Counted from the stretch's first letter, positions 1 through 10,681 are shown. The stretch is 64,000 nt of DNA from Acidimicrobiia bacterium (GCA_965215185.1 OZ244034.1:1536001-1600000); one strand, 5' to 3'. A program made the numbers and translations. Notes: generated by a model not told the origin, from the letters alone.

Positions 1-357
1 CCCGGCCGGATCCGAAAAGTCCATTCTCACTCTCCCCACCACATACGTGGTGGTTCCCACCACCGTGACCGGGTCACCATACAGCTCCTCTTGGATCAAG
101 AACCTCGCCTCAGAGCCTTCGGACAACTCCCATTCCACCACCTCCGAGGAGCCGGAAGCCTCGGGCAGCGAAGCCGCAGTGGTGGTCTCCTGGGGCTGCG
201 CCGGAGTCGAAGGCGAGGTGGTGGAAGCGGCGGAAGTGATGGCAGGCGCGGTGACCTGGGTGGGATCGCCTACGTTTCCGGCCGCGAGGAACCAGACAAT
301 CGCCGCCGCGGCCGCCCCGACCAGCACCAGGATCGCGATCAGAAGCTTGCGCTTCAT
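1..357 (-). CDS. YceI-like secreted/membrane-anchored protein (5' part only; runs off window)
   Basis: Manual translation from ATG 357 overlapping the glyQS stop (ATGA): MKRKLLIAILVLVG hydrophobic N-terminus, S/T-rich linker, then 'GSEARFLIQEELYGDPVTVVGTT', typical of YceI proteins. Confidence 0.6.
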   Translation of the reverse strand, partial: MKRKLLIAILVLVGAAAAAIVWFLAAGNVGDPTQVTAPAITSAASTTSPSTPAQPQETTTAASLPEASGSSEVVEWELSEGSEARFLIQEELYGDPVTVVGTTTYVVGRVRMDFSDPAG

Positions 358-1658
358 ATCTGCAAATGATCTGCCAGGTAGGCGGGTAGCCGGTCCACCC
401 CGATCCGATCCTGGTGCATGGTGTCCCGATGGCGAACGGTTACCGACTGATCCTCCAGGGAGTCGAAATCGAAGGTGACGCACAGCGGTGTACCGATCTC
501 ATCCTGGCGACGGTAACGCTTTCCTATGGACTGGGTTTCGTCGTATTCGACCGTCCACCGTTTTCCCAGGTCGTCGGCGATCCGGGAGGCCGGTTCCACC
601 AACTGTGGTTTCCGGGAAAGCGGCAGAACCGCCACCTTATAGGGCGCCAGGCGCGGGTGAAGCCCGAGAACCACCCGCTCGGCGCCCCTCACCTGCTCGG
701 TCCGGTAGGCGTCGGTCAAGAACGCGAAAGTGGTGCGGGTGGCGCCTGCCGCCGGTTCGATGACGAAGGGGACCACCCTGACGCCGGTGGTCTGGTCGAA
801 ATAGCTCAGGTCCTGCCCGGAGTGCTCGGAGTGCCGTTTGAGGTCGAAGTCGGTCCGGTTGGCGATCCCCTCCAACTCATCCCACCCCCACGAGAACCGG
901 TATTCCACATCCACCGTCTCCTGCGAGTAATGGGACAACTCATCAGCAGCATGCGGCCGGATCCGAAGATTGTCCGGATTCATCCCCAAATCCAAATACC
1001 ACCTACGCCGGACATCCACCCAGTATTCGAACCAATTTGAGGCTTCCGAAGGCAGGCAGAACCACTCCATCTCCATCTGCTCGAACTCCCGGGTTCGGAA
1101 TACGAATTGGCCGGGGGTGATCTCGTTGCGAAAGGATTTTCCGATCTGAGCCACGCCGAAGGGGAGCTTGCACCGGGTCACCCTCAGCACGTTCGCGAAG
1201 TTGATAAAGATTCCCTGAGCTGTCTCGGGGCGCAGATAAACCAGGTTGTCGTCGGTCTCCACCGGTCCCATATGGGTGCTAAGCATCAGGTTGAAGTGCC
1301 GCGGTTCGGTGAAGGTGTCCCGCTTGCCGCACGACGGGCACTGGTCGGCGCGGGCCAGTCGGTCCTGGCGGAAGCGTTGATGACAGTTGCGGCACTCCAC
1401 CAGTGGGTCGGTGAACACCTCCTCATGTCCAGAAGCCTGCCACACCCGCCGGGACTGAATGATGGCCGAGTCGATTCCCACCACGTCGCGGCGGGCGCTG
1501 ACCATCGATCGCCACCACTCGTTCTTCACGTTGCGTAGCAGTTCCACCCCCAATGGCCCGTAGTCGTAGGCGGAGCGCAGGCCACCGTATATCTCCGAAG
1601 AGGGAAAGGCGAACCCGCGGCGACGGGAGAGGTTGACGATGGTTTCCATACTGGTCAT
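354..1658 (-). CDS. glyQS: Glycine--tRNA ligase (alpha2 type)
   Basis: SEIYGG..YDYGPLG, LRPETAQGIF, GKSFRNEITPG..FRTREFEQME, IEPAAG, SIGKRYRRQDEIGTP; start set at MTSMETIV. Confidence 0.97.
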   Translation of the reverse strand: MTSMETIVNLSRRRGFAFPSSEIYGGLRSAYDYGPLGVELLRNVKNEWWRSMVSARRDVVGIDSAIIQSRRVWQASGHEEVFTDPLVECRNCHQRFRQDRLARADQCPSCGKRDTFTEPRHFNLMLSTHMGPVETDDNLVYLRPETAQGIFINFANVLRVTRCKLPFGVAQIGKSFRNEITPGQFVFRTREFEQMEMEWFCLPSEASNWFEYWVDVRRRWYLDLGMNPDNLRIRPHAADELSHYSQETVDVEYRFSWGWDELEGIANRTDFDLKRHSEHSGQDLSYFDQTTGVRVVPFVIEPAAGATRTTFAFLTDAYRTEQVRGAERVVLGLHPRLAPYKVAVLPLSRKPQLVEPASRIADDLGKRWTVEYDETQSIGKRYRRQDEIGTPLCVTFDFDSLEDQSVTVRHRDTMHQDRIGVDRLPAYLADHLQI

Positions 1659-1707
1659 GATGTCAAAGACGAAGGCTACCGGAAACGGGGCCGACGGTGA
1701 CCGTCCT

Positions 1708-2430
1708 TTAGATCGGCTCCTGGATCCGCCCGAATCGCCGTTCCCTGCGGCGGTATTCCTCCAGCGCCTCCTCGAAGTGGCTCCGATTGAAATCGGGCCA
1801 CAGCACCTTGGTGAAGTACAGCTCGGCGTAGGCACCCTGCCACAGAAGAAAATTGGAGAGCCGATTCTCACCGGACGTCCGAATGATCAGGTCAACATCG
1901 GGCATCTGGGGGACGTGCAATCGAGCGGCCAGAGCCTGTTCGTCAACGTCCTCGGGGTGGATTCGTCCCGCCGCGACCTCTTCCGCCAGCCGCCGGGCAG
2001 CTTCTGCTATCTCCCGTCGACCCCCATAGTTGAAGGCCACCACCAGGTTCAAACCGTCATTGCCGGCGGTGAGTTCGCGGGTCTCCTCGATATGGCCGCG
2101 TACCGTGTCGGGTATCCGGGCGTCGGCAATATCGCCCGCGAAGTGCAGTCTCGCTCCCTTCTCCGCCAATTCCCGGCCCCGGCGCAGCAACATGTCGTCG
2201 CAGAATTCCATCAGGAACTCGACCTCGTCGGCTGAGCGCTGCCAATTCTCTGTGGAAAAGACGAACACTGTGAACCACTCGATTCCCGCCTCCAAGGCGC
2301 CTTCCAGCACATCCAGCAGCGCCCCCTCTCCCGCCATGTGCCCGGCCACCCTCGGCAGCCCCCGTTGGCGGGCCCAACGCCCGTTCCCATCCAGGATCAC
2401 CCCGACATGGCGAGGATTGGCGCCGCTCAT
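1708..2430 (-). CDS. uppS: Polyprenyl diphosphate synthase (isoprenyl transferase)
   Basis: HVGVILDGNGRWA, FSTENWQR, NYGGR, IRTSGENRLSNFLLWQ, RRFG; ATGA overlap with recO. Confidence 0.96.
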   Translation of the reverse strand: MSGANPRHVGVILDGNGRWARQRGLPRVAGHMAGEGALLDVLEGALEAGIEWFTVFVFSTENWQRSADEVEFLMEFCDDMLLRRGRELAEKGARLHFAGDIADARIPDTVRGHIEETRELTAGNDGLNLVVAFNYGGRREIAEAARRLAEEVAAGRIHPEDVDEQALAARLHVPQMPDVDLIIRTSGENRLSNFLLWQGAYAELYFTKVLWPDFNRSHFEEALEEYRRRERRFGRIQEPI

Positions 2431-3146
2431 GAAAACGTGGCCACCGAGCGAAGGCTGCGGTCCAGATGGATTTCCAGAAACCGGGAGGCGACGCTCATGG
2501 CTTGCCGGGAAAGTTCGGCAGTGGTGAGGGGCAGTTCGCGCAGATCCGCCCGGGCCAGTTGGTGCAGATGGCCGGTGACCCCCGCCACCAGCCGGACCGA
2601 ACCTTGCGGGCGGCATCGTTCGCATACCACCCCTCCTCCCTCAAAACTGAACCTGGTGAGATCGTCCTCCCCACCGCAGGAAGCGCACCACGCCAATGCG
2701 GGCCCCACCCCCACCACCTCGGCCAGCCGCAGCAAAAAGGCGGTGATCAAACCCGAGACGTCCCCTGTCCCGCAGAGGGCCCCCAGCCCTTCGTTCAGCA
2801 GATCGAACAGTGACCGGGAACGCTGCTCGGGCTGAGCCGCGGCATCCACCGCGTTCACCATCATGGAGGCGGCGAGGAGACGATCCAGATCGGATCGCAA
2901 TTCCGGATAGGCCGCAATGACGGAAACCGAGGTGATCAGATCCAATTCCCGGCCCCGATACAACACCAATTCCACGTGACAGAACGGTTCCAAACGTCCT
3001 CTAAGCCGACTTTTGACCCGGCGGACCCCGCGAGCCACAGTGCGAAGCATCCCTCTCTCGGGGCTCAGCAAGACCACTACCCGGTCTGCCTCGCCGAAGG
3101 GATAGCTACGAAGCACCACCCCTTCCTGATGACTGATCTTGCTCAT
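2427..3146 (-). CDS. recO: DNA repair protein RecO
   Basis: GVVLRSYPFGEADRVV, ARGVRR..SR, CASC..CERC zinc finger; usual position next to uppS. Confidence 0.95.
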   Translation of the reverse strand: MSKISHQEGVVLRSYPFGEADRVVVLLSPERGMLRTVARGVRRVKSRLRGRLEPFCHVELVLYRGRELDLITSVSVIAAYPELRSDLDRLLAASMMVNAVDAAAQPEQRSRSLFDLLNEGLGALCGTGDVSGLITAFLLRLAEVVGVGPALAWCASCGGEDDLTRFSFEGGGVVCERCRPQGSVRLVAGVTGHLHQLARADLRELPLTTAELSRQAMSVASRFLEIHLDRSLRSVATFS

Positions 3147-3204
3147 ATGACAGAGTGGGTTCTGGGGGATGAAACTATCCGCCCAACTACCAGGCAGTGG
3201 GCTC

Positions 3205-4137
3205 TCACACCACCAGGTTAACCCATTTACCCTCTCCGCGGAAGGCTTGCAGGTTGGCGGCGAAGATTTCCGCCAGACGATCGGCGTACTCGGGAGAGAA
3301 CCCGCCCAGGTGGGGGGTGAGCACCACCTTGGGGTGCCGCCACAACAGCGACTCCTGGGGAGGGGGTTCAGGATCGGTGACATCCAACCCGGCGCCGCGC
3401 AGTTCTCCCAAGTCCAACGCGGACAACAGTGCCTCGGTGTCCACTACCGAACCCCGCCCCACATTCACGAACCACCCGTCCCCCAAAGCAGCGAACTCGG
3501 CCGCCCCCGCCTGGGGAGGCGCCCCCCTACCGTCCGGAAGGGCGCATATCACCGCATAGGACCGACGGAAGACTTCGATCGTCTGCTCAGGTCCGTACAC
3601 CTGGGAAGCGCATCCCTGGTAGGAGCTGGGGTCTCGCTTGGAGCCGATCACATTCATCCCCCACGCTTTGGCCCGCCAGGCGATCTCCTCTCCCACACTT
3701 CCCAGCCCCAGCACCCCCAGAGTCTTGCCCGCCAGTTCGTATCCCATCCCCTGCCTCCACAGCCCCCGCTCCGAGAAACGCACCGATTTGCCCACCCTTC
3801 GGGTAATAGCCAACAGCAGAGCAAAGGCGTGCTCCGCCACTGCCGGGGCGTTAGCGCCCCGTCCCGATGTCAAACGAATCCCGGCCGCGGCCAGTTGCTC
3901 GATGGGATAGTGGTCAAGCCCCGAGGAAATCGATTGAATCCAGCGCAGACCCAGGGAGAGGCACTCGTCCGTCCAGATGAAAGACACCAGGATCTCCACT
4001 CGGGGGTCGGTGAGACATTCGCTCAGACTGGCCAGATCAGGGGGTGACATCACCTCCACCCCCGGAACCTTCGCCAAGCTTTCGGGCACTCCCCGTGGGT
4101 GACAGGGATGAACCACCACCCGGTGGGAGGCGGTCAT
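3205..4137 (-). CDS. D-2-hydroxyacid dehydrogenase family protein
   Basis: AVAEHA, GLGSVG Rossmann motif, NVGRG, GLDVTDPEP, LTPHLGG. Confidence 0.9.
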   Translation of the reverse strand: MTASHRVVVHPCHPRGVPESLAKVPGVEVMSPPDLASLSECLTDPRVEILVSFIWTDECLSLGLRWIQSISSGLDHYPIEQLAAAGIRLTSGRGANAPAVAEHAFALLLAITRRVGKSVRFSERGLWRQGMGYELAGKTLGVLGLGSVGEEIAWRAKAWGMNVIGSKRDPSSYQGCASQVYGPEQTIEVFRRSYAVICALPDGRGAPPQAGAAEFAALGDGWFVNVGRGSVVDTEALLSALDLGELRGAGLDVTDPEPPPQESLLWRHPKVVLTPHLGGFSPEYADRLAEIFAANLQAFRGEGKWVNLVV

Positions 4138-4150
4138 GGCCGGGCGGAGA

Positions 4151-4723
4151 TCATGATCCGAAGACGGCGTTCCACACACTGCCCAGTTCTTCCCACACCC
4201 GGCCCAGCGCCCACATCAGCAGCAGTCCCAACAGCGCCATACCCGCCCCGGTCAACAAGAACCGCATCCGGTACACCCATCGTTCCTCGAGAAGGTTGTA
4301 CCGGTAGGAAACGACTCCCGACGACCCCTCCCGCGAACCCGCCGATCCCATCCAGGACGGCCTCTCCCGCGGCCCCTCGGGCGGAGAGTCAAGAGGGTGT
4401 ACGGGCGGCGCCACCTCGGGTTGGGACAAGGTAGCCAGAGATTGACTTATGGTCATTCTCGGCTCCACCTGAGCCGGCGCCGAAAACCCGGCGGCCCGGG
4501 AAAGCAACCCCTCGGGGATCTCCAGAATCACCTCAAGCGAGCGAAGCAAGCCGGGATGCATGGGTATCTCAACTCCCTGTTCCCAGTCCTTGATCTGCCC
4601 CTGAGTGACCCCCAGTTGACGACCGATCTGCCTTCTCTTCAAACCGCGCCGACGACGAAAACTCTCCAGTATCTCCCCGAAACCGGGGCCCGTACCGGGT
4701 TGACGACTCATGCGTTGACTCAT
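4151..4723 (-). CDS. XRE-type HTH protein with C-terminal transmembrane helix
   Basis: N-terminal FGEILESFRRRRGL..QLGVTQGQIKDWEQG; C-terminal hydrophobic LLTGAGMALLGLLLMWAL. Confidence 0.7.
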   Translation of the reverse strand: MSQRMSRQPGTGPGFGEILESFRRRRGLKRRQIGRQLGVTQGQIKDWEQGVEIPMHPGLLRSLEVILEIPEGLLSRAAGFSAPAQVEPRMTISQSLATLSQPEVAPPVHPLDSPPEGPRERPSWMGSAGSREGSSGVVSYRYNLLEERWVYRMRFLLTGAGMALLGLLLMWALGRVWEELGSVWNAVFGS

Positions 4724-4773
4724 TATGGAAAAGAATACGGCACCGCGGGGGTTTGTGCGTACAACCCAGCCGG

Positions 4774-5196
4774 CTAGTGGGGGGGATTGGGGGGAACGCT
4801 GTCGGGCTCCGGTTGGGCGGTCACCCTCATCTCCCCCACCCCTTTCACATTCCAGCAGAGAGTGCGCCCCCCGGGCACCAGCATCCGAAAGGGGCCTCCT
4901 TTTTCCCGAGGAAGGCTCTCCGCGCCCAGTCCGTACACCACTACCCCTTTGGCGGACAGTTCCTCTATGGGTATGGACGCCCGGTACCCGCCGTCGCAGC
5001 TTTCCACCGACACAAAACCACCCCGAGGGCCCGAAGCCTCAAGGAGAGCACCAGCCGAGACGCCGCGACCTTCGGCCCCGGTCACCTGCCCCGATAGCCC
5101 AGCCAAATCGTCCATGCCCCATTCATCTGGTCTTTCCACCAGCCCGGTCACGCGAAGAACCGCCGCTTGGTCAGAATCCTGCTCGTGGCTCTTCAT
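4774..5196 (-). CDS. Small stand-alone sulfite-oxidase-fold (Oxidored_molyb-like) domain protein
   Basis: LRVTGLVERP, DGGYRASIP, LPREKGGPFRMLVPG..NVKGV. Confidence 0.7.
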   Translation of the reverse strand: MKSHEQDSDQAAVLRVTGLVERPDEWGMDDLAGLSGQVTGAEGRGVSAGALLEASGPRGGFVSVESCDGGYRASIPIEELSAKGVVVYGLGAESLPREKGGPFRMLVPGGRTLCWNVKGVGEMRVTAQPEPDSVPPNPPH

Positions 5197-5239
5197 GGTC
5201 CCATCACGGTACCAGCCTGACGCAGGTACCCTTGAGCCC

Positions 5240-5331
5240 GGAGGCGAGCGAGCGCCTGGTGGGCTCCCCGGTCTTCAAAACCGGTGGGGGGTCGCACGAC
5301 CCCCGGCGGGTTCGATTCCCGTCCGCCTCCG
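5240..5331 (+). tRNA. selC: tRNA-Sec (anticodon UCA)
   Basis: Acceptor GGAGGCG/CGCCTCC, anticodon arm ccggt-CTTCAAA-accgg, long variable arm ggggtcg-ca-cgacccc, T arm cggg-ttcgatt-cccg; CCA not encoded. Confidence 0.93.
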
Positions 5332-6214
5332 CTAGAACACCGCTATTTCCCCAGGTCAGAGCGTTACCTTGCCGGGTCGTTATCCGTTATGCCATCAACA
5401 CCCGTTTGGAAGAACGGAGGAGGAGCCCAGACCGCCCGGCGCATTGCCTTCTCCCCTACCTTGGGATCTCACAGTGGGAGGGCCTTCCTCTCCCAAGCCT
5501 GAATCCCGTTGTGTTTGTGCGGCCGCAGGGCGAATCGCTTCAATGGATTGGATCGGCAAGCTATATGTTCCCGAGCTGCGAGCGACTCAGCTGTAGCCTT
5601 GCCATGGGTCACTACGGCGGCTGTGCGGCTGAACTCCTGCAAAGCGACACCTGGAACCCTCATGAGTGTCCATGACCTCCGTCTCGTCTTGCCAAACCCG
5701 TCGGGGGGCGGAGCGAGGGAAAGCAGACTATCCGGATTTTGGCCACCTCGAAGTGCGAAGTCAATGATCTCCGTCCATACGATCAGATATATAGCACTAC
5801 TGAAGTATCTCGTGTATGCGGTCATACCCGTATGGCATGGCGGATGCATCGCATGGGGAATAAGCTGCCACATCATGGTTGTCGGTAGAGTACTCAGCAG
5901 TGGGTTCCCAGTCCTGGAAAGCCAAATTGGTCGTCTCCTGCTCGATTCCTAGTCGGAATGGTGTCGCGATGGCTTGTATCAGACATGATCTGCGACCAGC
6001 AATAATGCTCGCCTGTGTTGCGCCTGGCGTAACGTGATATGGATAGTCGTCTCCTTGCTGCTGGCCACCCTCGGGGTGATCGTCCTCATCTATACATGGG
6101 ACGCGATGACTGACCTATTCGAGCATGGCCGCAACCCAAAGAAGCTGGTCAACAGGTTTTCAGTGCGACCGGAGCGGATCGGGCGACCCACCTACCGGTT
6201 GACGTTGGAACTGC

Positions 6215-6761
6215 CGATAGTGACGCTTGGAAGAGAATCGCGGTGTCGCTGGTAGACGAGAAAGGCCCCACGCGCCAGGTGATCGAAGAAGGCAAAGGAG
6301 ACGCCAGGGAGTTACTGGCAGACGTACGGAGCAAACGAGCCGGAAAGGCCCGCTTCCCCCTGCTCAGAGGACCGAAGATAGCTCCGATGTGGGTACGGAT
6401 TATGGCCGCTCCGGGCGGAGCGGCCATAAGGTACATGGAAACCATCCCGGTGGCGGTTGATGTGCATGTGCGCAGGGTTACCGAGAACCTGGGAGTCACC
6501 GATACCCGAGGCCTAACCCTAGGGAGAGATGTGAAACGCCGGATTCAGTCAGCATGGCAGGAGGCAGTCTCCGTCGCTGATTTCGGTGGACCACTCCAGA
6601 TTGCCGGTACCTGCGCGGCTCTCGATCCTGCTCTGTGGCTCTTCGGCGCTCGCGGTTGCAGTGTCTGCGAAAAGCAGGACCACCGGATACCGATCAGCAA
6701 GGCTTGTAACAGTTGCCAGTTATTCGACGTTCCGCGAGCAGCGGGTTCTGGTTCTCGTTAG
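6215..6761 (+). pseudogene. 5'-truncated HhH-GPD / endonuclease III-like glycosylase with C-terminal Cys cluster
   Basis: FPLLRGPKIAPMW (HhH-like), IPVAVDVHVRRV, LDPALW, CSVC...CNSC; coding-like frame begins mid-protein at DSDAWKRIAVSL. Confidence 0.55.
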
Positions 6762-7138
6762 GGGCACCTTGTGGGGCAGCGTCCCAGAAGTCAGTAATGG
6801 ATCGTGGGTCCGGAAGAATAAGGGAATGGCCCTCTCGTCCGGCCATGTGGCAGCGATCCTGGTCGGAGCGGCGCTCTTGAGTCCCTTGTACACAAGAAAG
6901 CCCACCAAGATAGCTCCTCAGGATGAGTCCGACGGCGACGCGCCCGGAGTGGCAACGACCCGATGGGACGGGATCTGAAGCGGGCTTGAGACTGGTTCGC
7001 CCGGGGCGCGCCTTCATTTTCAGCTAAGCGTTCCGGTCACTCCCCTCTCGCTGGGTTGTGTAATGCGGCCGATGGTCCAGACCCAAGGACGAAGGAATAT
7101 TATTGGATCCCTCCAGCACCACGCTGAAAGGATCTTCA

Positions 7139-8209
7139 ATGCCGACATCTGGACTCCCTTCAGGAGAACGGCAAGGAACCGTCATGACAGTGACGGGCCC
7201 GGTAGCCGCCTCCGACATTGGAACAACACTCGTTCACGAACACATCTTCCTCGACATGCGACACGCTTACAAGGAGGACAATCCTGACGCTCAGTACGGC
7301 CCACCGGAGATTCACGTGCTGGGAGAATGGCGCCGCGACTACTCAAAGTTCCCGGACTTCATGGTCCTTGACGAAGTCGATCTAGCCATCTCCGAGATAT
7401 CCGAATTCGCCGAGTACGGCGGGAAGACCATCGTGGATGCAACTCCGATCGGTCCTCGCCCTCGATCCCCGCACCTCTACCCGACCGGCATCAGGGCAGT
7501 GTCTTTAGCTGTAGGTATCAATGTGATCGCTGGATGCGGATACTATATCCAGGCTTCCCATCCGGAGTACGTGAGCACGTCAAGTTCCCGGTCCCTGGCC
7601 GAGGGGATCCTCTCCGAGATAGAGGACGGCATCGAGGGGACCGGCATCAGACCTGGTGTGATCGGCGAGATCGGACTAAGCCAGCCCGTTGAAGAAGACG
7701 AGTGGAAGGTCCTCGAAGCCGCATGCGTGGCGCAGAAACAGACGGGCCTCCCGCTCTACATACACCCCTATTTCGGAGCGAGGAGCAGGATCGCTCCCGA
7801 GGTCGCCCATTTCGTACTTCGTAAAGGTGTGGACCCCCAGAAGATCAACATGTGTCATATGGACGGCTACATGAACCTCGACTACCAAAGACGTGTGGCC
7901 GACCTGGGCGTGTTCATCTCATTTGACAATTTCGGCCTGGAGAACTACTACGACTCCATCGACTTCAGCTACAACAGCCACGACTCCCAGCGTCACGAAC
8001 ACTTGCTCCAGTTGCTGGCTCTCGGGTACGGCGATCAGATACTGATCTCCCAGGACACCTGCTACAAGACTCAGCTCATACGGTACGGAGGTTACGGATA
8101 CGCACACATCCTCCGCAATATCGTGCCTGCCCTACGTCATGCCGGGGTTAACGACACAACGTTGGAACGCATCCTGGTCAAGAACCCGCAACAGCTGCTT
8201 AGCCATTAG
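7139..8209 (+). CDS. Phosphotriesterase-related amidohydrolase
   Basis: TVTGPV, TLVHEHI, IVDATP, IGEIG, IH, CHMD, ILISQD, NPQQLL. Confidence 0.92.
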   Translation: MPTSGLPSGERQGTVMTVTGPVAASDIGTTLVHEHIFLDMRHAYKEDNPDAQYGPPEIHVLGEWRRDYSKFPDFMVLDEVDLAISEISEFAEYGGKTIVDATPIGPRPRSPHLYPTGIRAVSLAVGINVIAGCGYYIQASHPEYVSTSSSRSLAEGILSEIEDGIEGTGIRPGVIGEIGLSQPVEEDEWKVLEAACVAQKQTGLPLYIHPYFGARSRIAPEVAHFVLRKGVDPQKINMCHMDGYMNLDYQRRVADLGVFISFDNFGLENYYDSIDFSYNSHDSQRHEHLLQLLALGYGDQILISQDTCYKTQLIRYGGYGYAHILRNIVPALRHAGVNDTTLERILVKNPQQLLSH

Positions 8210-8356
8210 CCCCTGATTCTGGCAGCCCTTCCTCGGGAGGCCGGCCTTGCTCCCGTCGGACCGACCTCCGACAGGACATACCAAGCTCATTCTCTTGCCA
8301 TTTGTCGTTGAGAGGTCCAGAGATGAGACTTAGAACGTCACTGAATCACGCCGATG

Positions 8357-9673
8357 TGAATCGCGCCGGGTTTGGTAGAGACTTTGATGGTCCCCCGGTT
8401 TCGTGGAGTCAGCTCACTTGGATCAGTGGTGTGAAGGTTGTGGTGTTGTTGTGGTTTCTTTCGTATTCGATGGGGGTGCGCATTTCCAGTGCGGTGTGGC
8501 GCTGGTGGCGGTTGTGGAAGATCTCTAGGTACTCGAAGATAGCGTTGGCGAGTTCGATACGGGTTCTCCACCTCCTGCGGTCCAACAGCTCGACTTGCAT
8601 ACGAGCCCAAAACGATTCCATGGTGGCGTTGTCGAAACAGTCTCCAACGGTTCCCATGGACGGAACCAGACCGGATTCGAGGGCCCGTTGGGTGAACGCC
8701 CAGGAGGTGAATTGGGTGCCCTGGTCCGAATGTATGACCGTGCCGGGGTCGGGTTGGCGGTTCCCGATTGCCATACCTAACGCGGAGGTGACCAGTCTGG
8801 AGGTGGCCGTGTTGTCGATCGACCAGCCGACGACCCGGCGGCCCGTACACGTCCAGCACCACCGCGCAGTACACCTTGCGCTTGCCTGGTGGGATGCTCT
8901 GTGATATCGGTCACCCACAGTTGGTCCGGTTCGAAACGGGCGAAGTTGCGGTCGACCAGGTCCACTGGCGTGTCTGCGGGGCGGGTCCGCCGTCTGGGAC
9001 TTCGGTCACCTACTAAGACCAGCTAGACCGGCTCTGCGCATCAGCATCACTACTGCGTTGTGTCCGACGGTTATTCCATGACCCAACCGCAGTTCGGCGT
9101 GCACCCGCCGCGCCCCATAGGTGCCGCATGACTGTTGGTGGATGTGGTAGATCATGTCGGTAAGCCAGGCGTGGCGGATGGAACGGGCTGACGGCGGTCG
9201 AGACCTCCAGGCGTAGAACCCGGACTGTGACACTTCGAGCACTCGACACGCCACCTGGGTGGGAAGCCCTTCGGTTCTCATGGTCCGGATCGCCTGGTAG
9301 CGTCTTTTGGGGACACCACCTGGTCTCCCAGCAGTTCAATAGCCCGTTTCGTCACGGCCAGTTCGGTTTCCCCGACGGCGAGCGGCCCACAGTTCGGCCT
9401 GTTCCTCCGAAGTGGCACCCGGTTGTAGACCGCGGTCGATTCGGTCTTGACGCCGCCAGTTGTAGATCGTCTGATCAGACACCCCCAGATCCGCTGACAA
9501 CGACGCTACCGACCTACCAACTGCAATCAGGTCGAGCACCCTGCGACGGAACTCGGGTGGATATCGATAAGGCATGAAGACTCCTTTCGGGTCAGTCACA
9601 CCACCAATTCAAATAACCCGACTCCACCAAAGTGGGGTACCACCAAACCCTCTATGAAACCCGGCACGGTTCA
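8357..9673 (-). mobile_element. IS3-family insertion sequence, transposase frameshifted (orfA 9575-9336; orfB in pieces 9281-8409)
   Basis: OrfA YPPEFRRRV..QTIYNW; OrfB YGARRVHAEL, WVTDITEH, HSDQGTQFTS, DCFDNATMESFW in three different frames; TGAA...TTCA ends with 54-bp imperfect IR (43/54). Confidence 0.92.
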
Positions 9674-9694
9674 CACAGCCTTGGACTGGAATGG

Positions 9695-10681
9695 CTACGC
9701 GCAAGCCGGTGCGTCGGATGACCAGCGGTTGTAAGACGGATCGTTTTCCCTGGCTAGACGCTCGCGGGTATCTCTCCATTCCTGTGCCCACACCTGCGCG
9801 TCGCGAAGCTCCGCCTCCGGGTGGGCCCTGCTCCGCGCCACGAATCCGGGAAACGCCGCTCTCCCGGTATGCTGGCCAACAGGGTTGTAGCGCAGGTCAA
9901 GGCTCCACCTGATCCGGTCGCTGTTGTTCGGCAGCGAACCGTGGCAGGTCAGCCGATGCATGAACAGCACGCTCCCTCGCCGCATCGGTATAGGAAGGGC
10001 GTCCCTGATCCGGAACATCTCGTCCGGTATCTGGAGCCCGGACGGCGAGGTCGCTGTGCCTCCCGGACAGTGCTGGTACAGCCCTTCAATGTGGCTTCGC
10101 GGCACCAGATGGAGGCAACCGGCCTCCTCGTCAGCGCCCCAGACCGGAATCCAGACGGTCAGTATGTCCGTGTCGTCCGCCTCCTCCGTCACGACTCCCC
10201 CGTCCTGGTGCCAAGGTGTCGCTCCCAACTGGACGCCGCCCGTTTCTGGATTGACCGGGGTGAGCGCTTCGGGCAGTTTGAGCCGCACGTGCTGCGTCGG
10301 GTTCGAATAGATCTCCGGCCCAATGATCGACTCCACTGCGTCCAACAGCGGCAACGCCGTTAGTACGTCGAACACCGCTGGCCCATGCCACATAGGGGTG
10401 TCATACGTGATGTTCTTTTGTGGAAGCGAGAAGTCGAAGTACTGGGTGTGGACCTTGCCGCTTTTCTGGTAGATCCTGGTCAGACGCTCGCCGAACTCAA
10501 TCCCGTCGTACGTGGATGGGATTGCTCCTTCTTCGTGCAGTTCACGGGCAAGGTTGTCCAGCACCGCGCCGTACTCGGCCTCCAGCGGATCGAGCACCCC
10601 CTCCGGGTCGATCACGTCCTCTACGACGACGTAGCCCTCTTGGTGGAAATGCTCCAGTTGTTCGTCATTGAGCCGTGTCAT
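9695..10681 (-). CDS. Phytanoyl-CoA dioxygenase (PhyH) family Fe/2OG oxygenase
   Basis: FHQEGYVVV, TPWHQD, TVWIP, GCLHLVPRSH, HGSLPNNSDRIRWSLDLRY. Confidence 0.92.
   Translation of the reverse strand: MTRLNDEQLEHFHQEGYVVVEDVIDPEGVLDPLEAEYGAVLDNLARELHEEGAIPSTYDGIEFGERLTRIYQKSGKVHTQYFDFSLPQKNITYDTPMWHGPAVFDVLTALPLLDAVESIIGPEIYSNPTQHVRLKLPEALTPVNPETGGVQLGATPWHQDGGVVTEEADDTDILTVWIPVWGADEEAGCLHLVPRSHIEGLYQHCPGGTATSPSGLQIPDEMFRIRDALPIPMRRGSVLFMHRLTCHGSLPNNSDRIRWSLDLRYNPVGQHTGRAAFPGFVARSRAHPEAELRDAQVWAQEWRDTRERLARENDPSYNRWSSDAPACA

Noticed and set aside
5300-5331. Direct repeat of the selC 3' end marking an island boundary
   Set aside because: No second copy found by eye in the window; ttcgattccc at ~40201 is a short chance match within coding sequence.
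5369-5700. Minus-strand frame with an in-frame TGA at 5469-5471 (KALPL*DPKVG..WAPPPFF) next to selC as a possible selenoprotein
   Set aside because: No redox-motif context or recognisable SECIS and no clear start; more likely a decayed gene with a nonsense codon.
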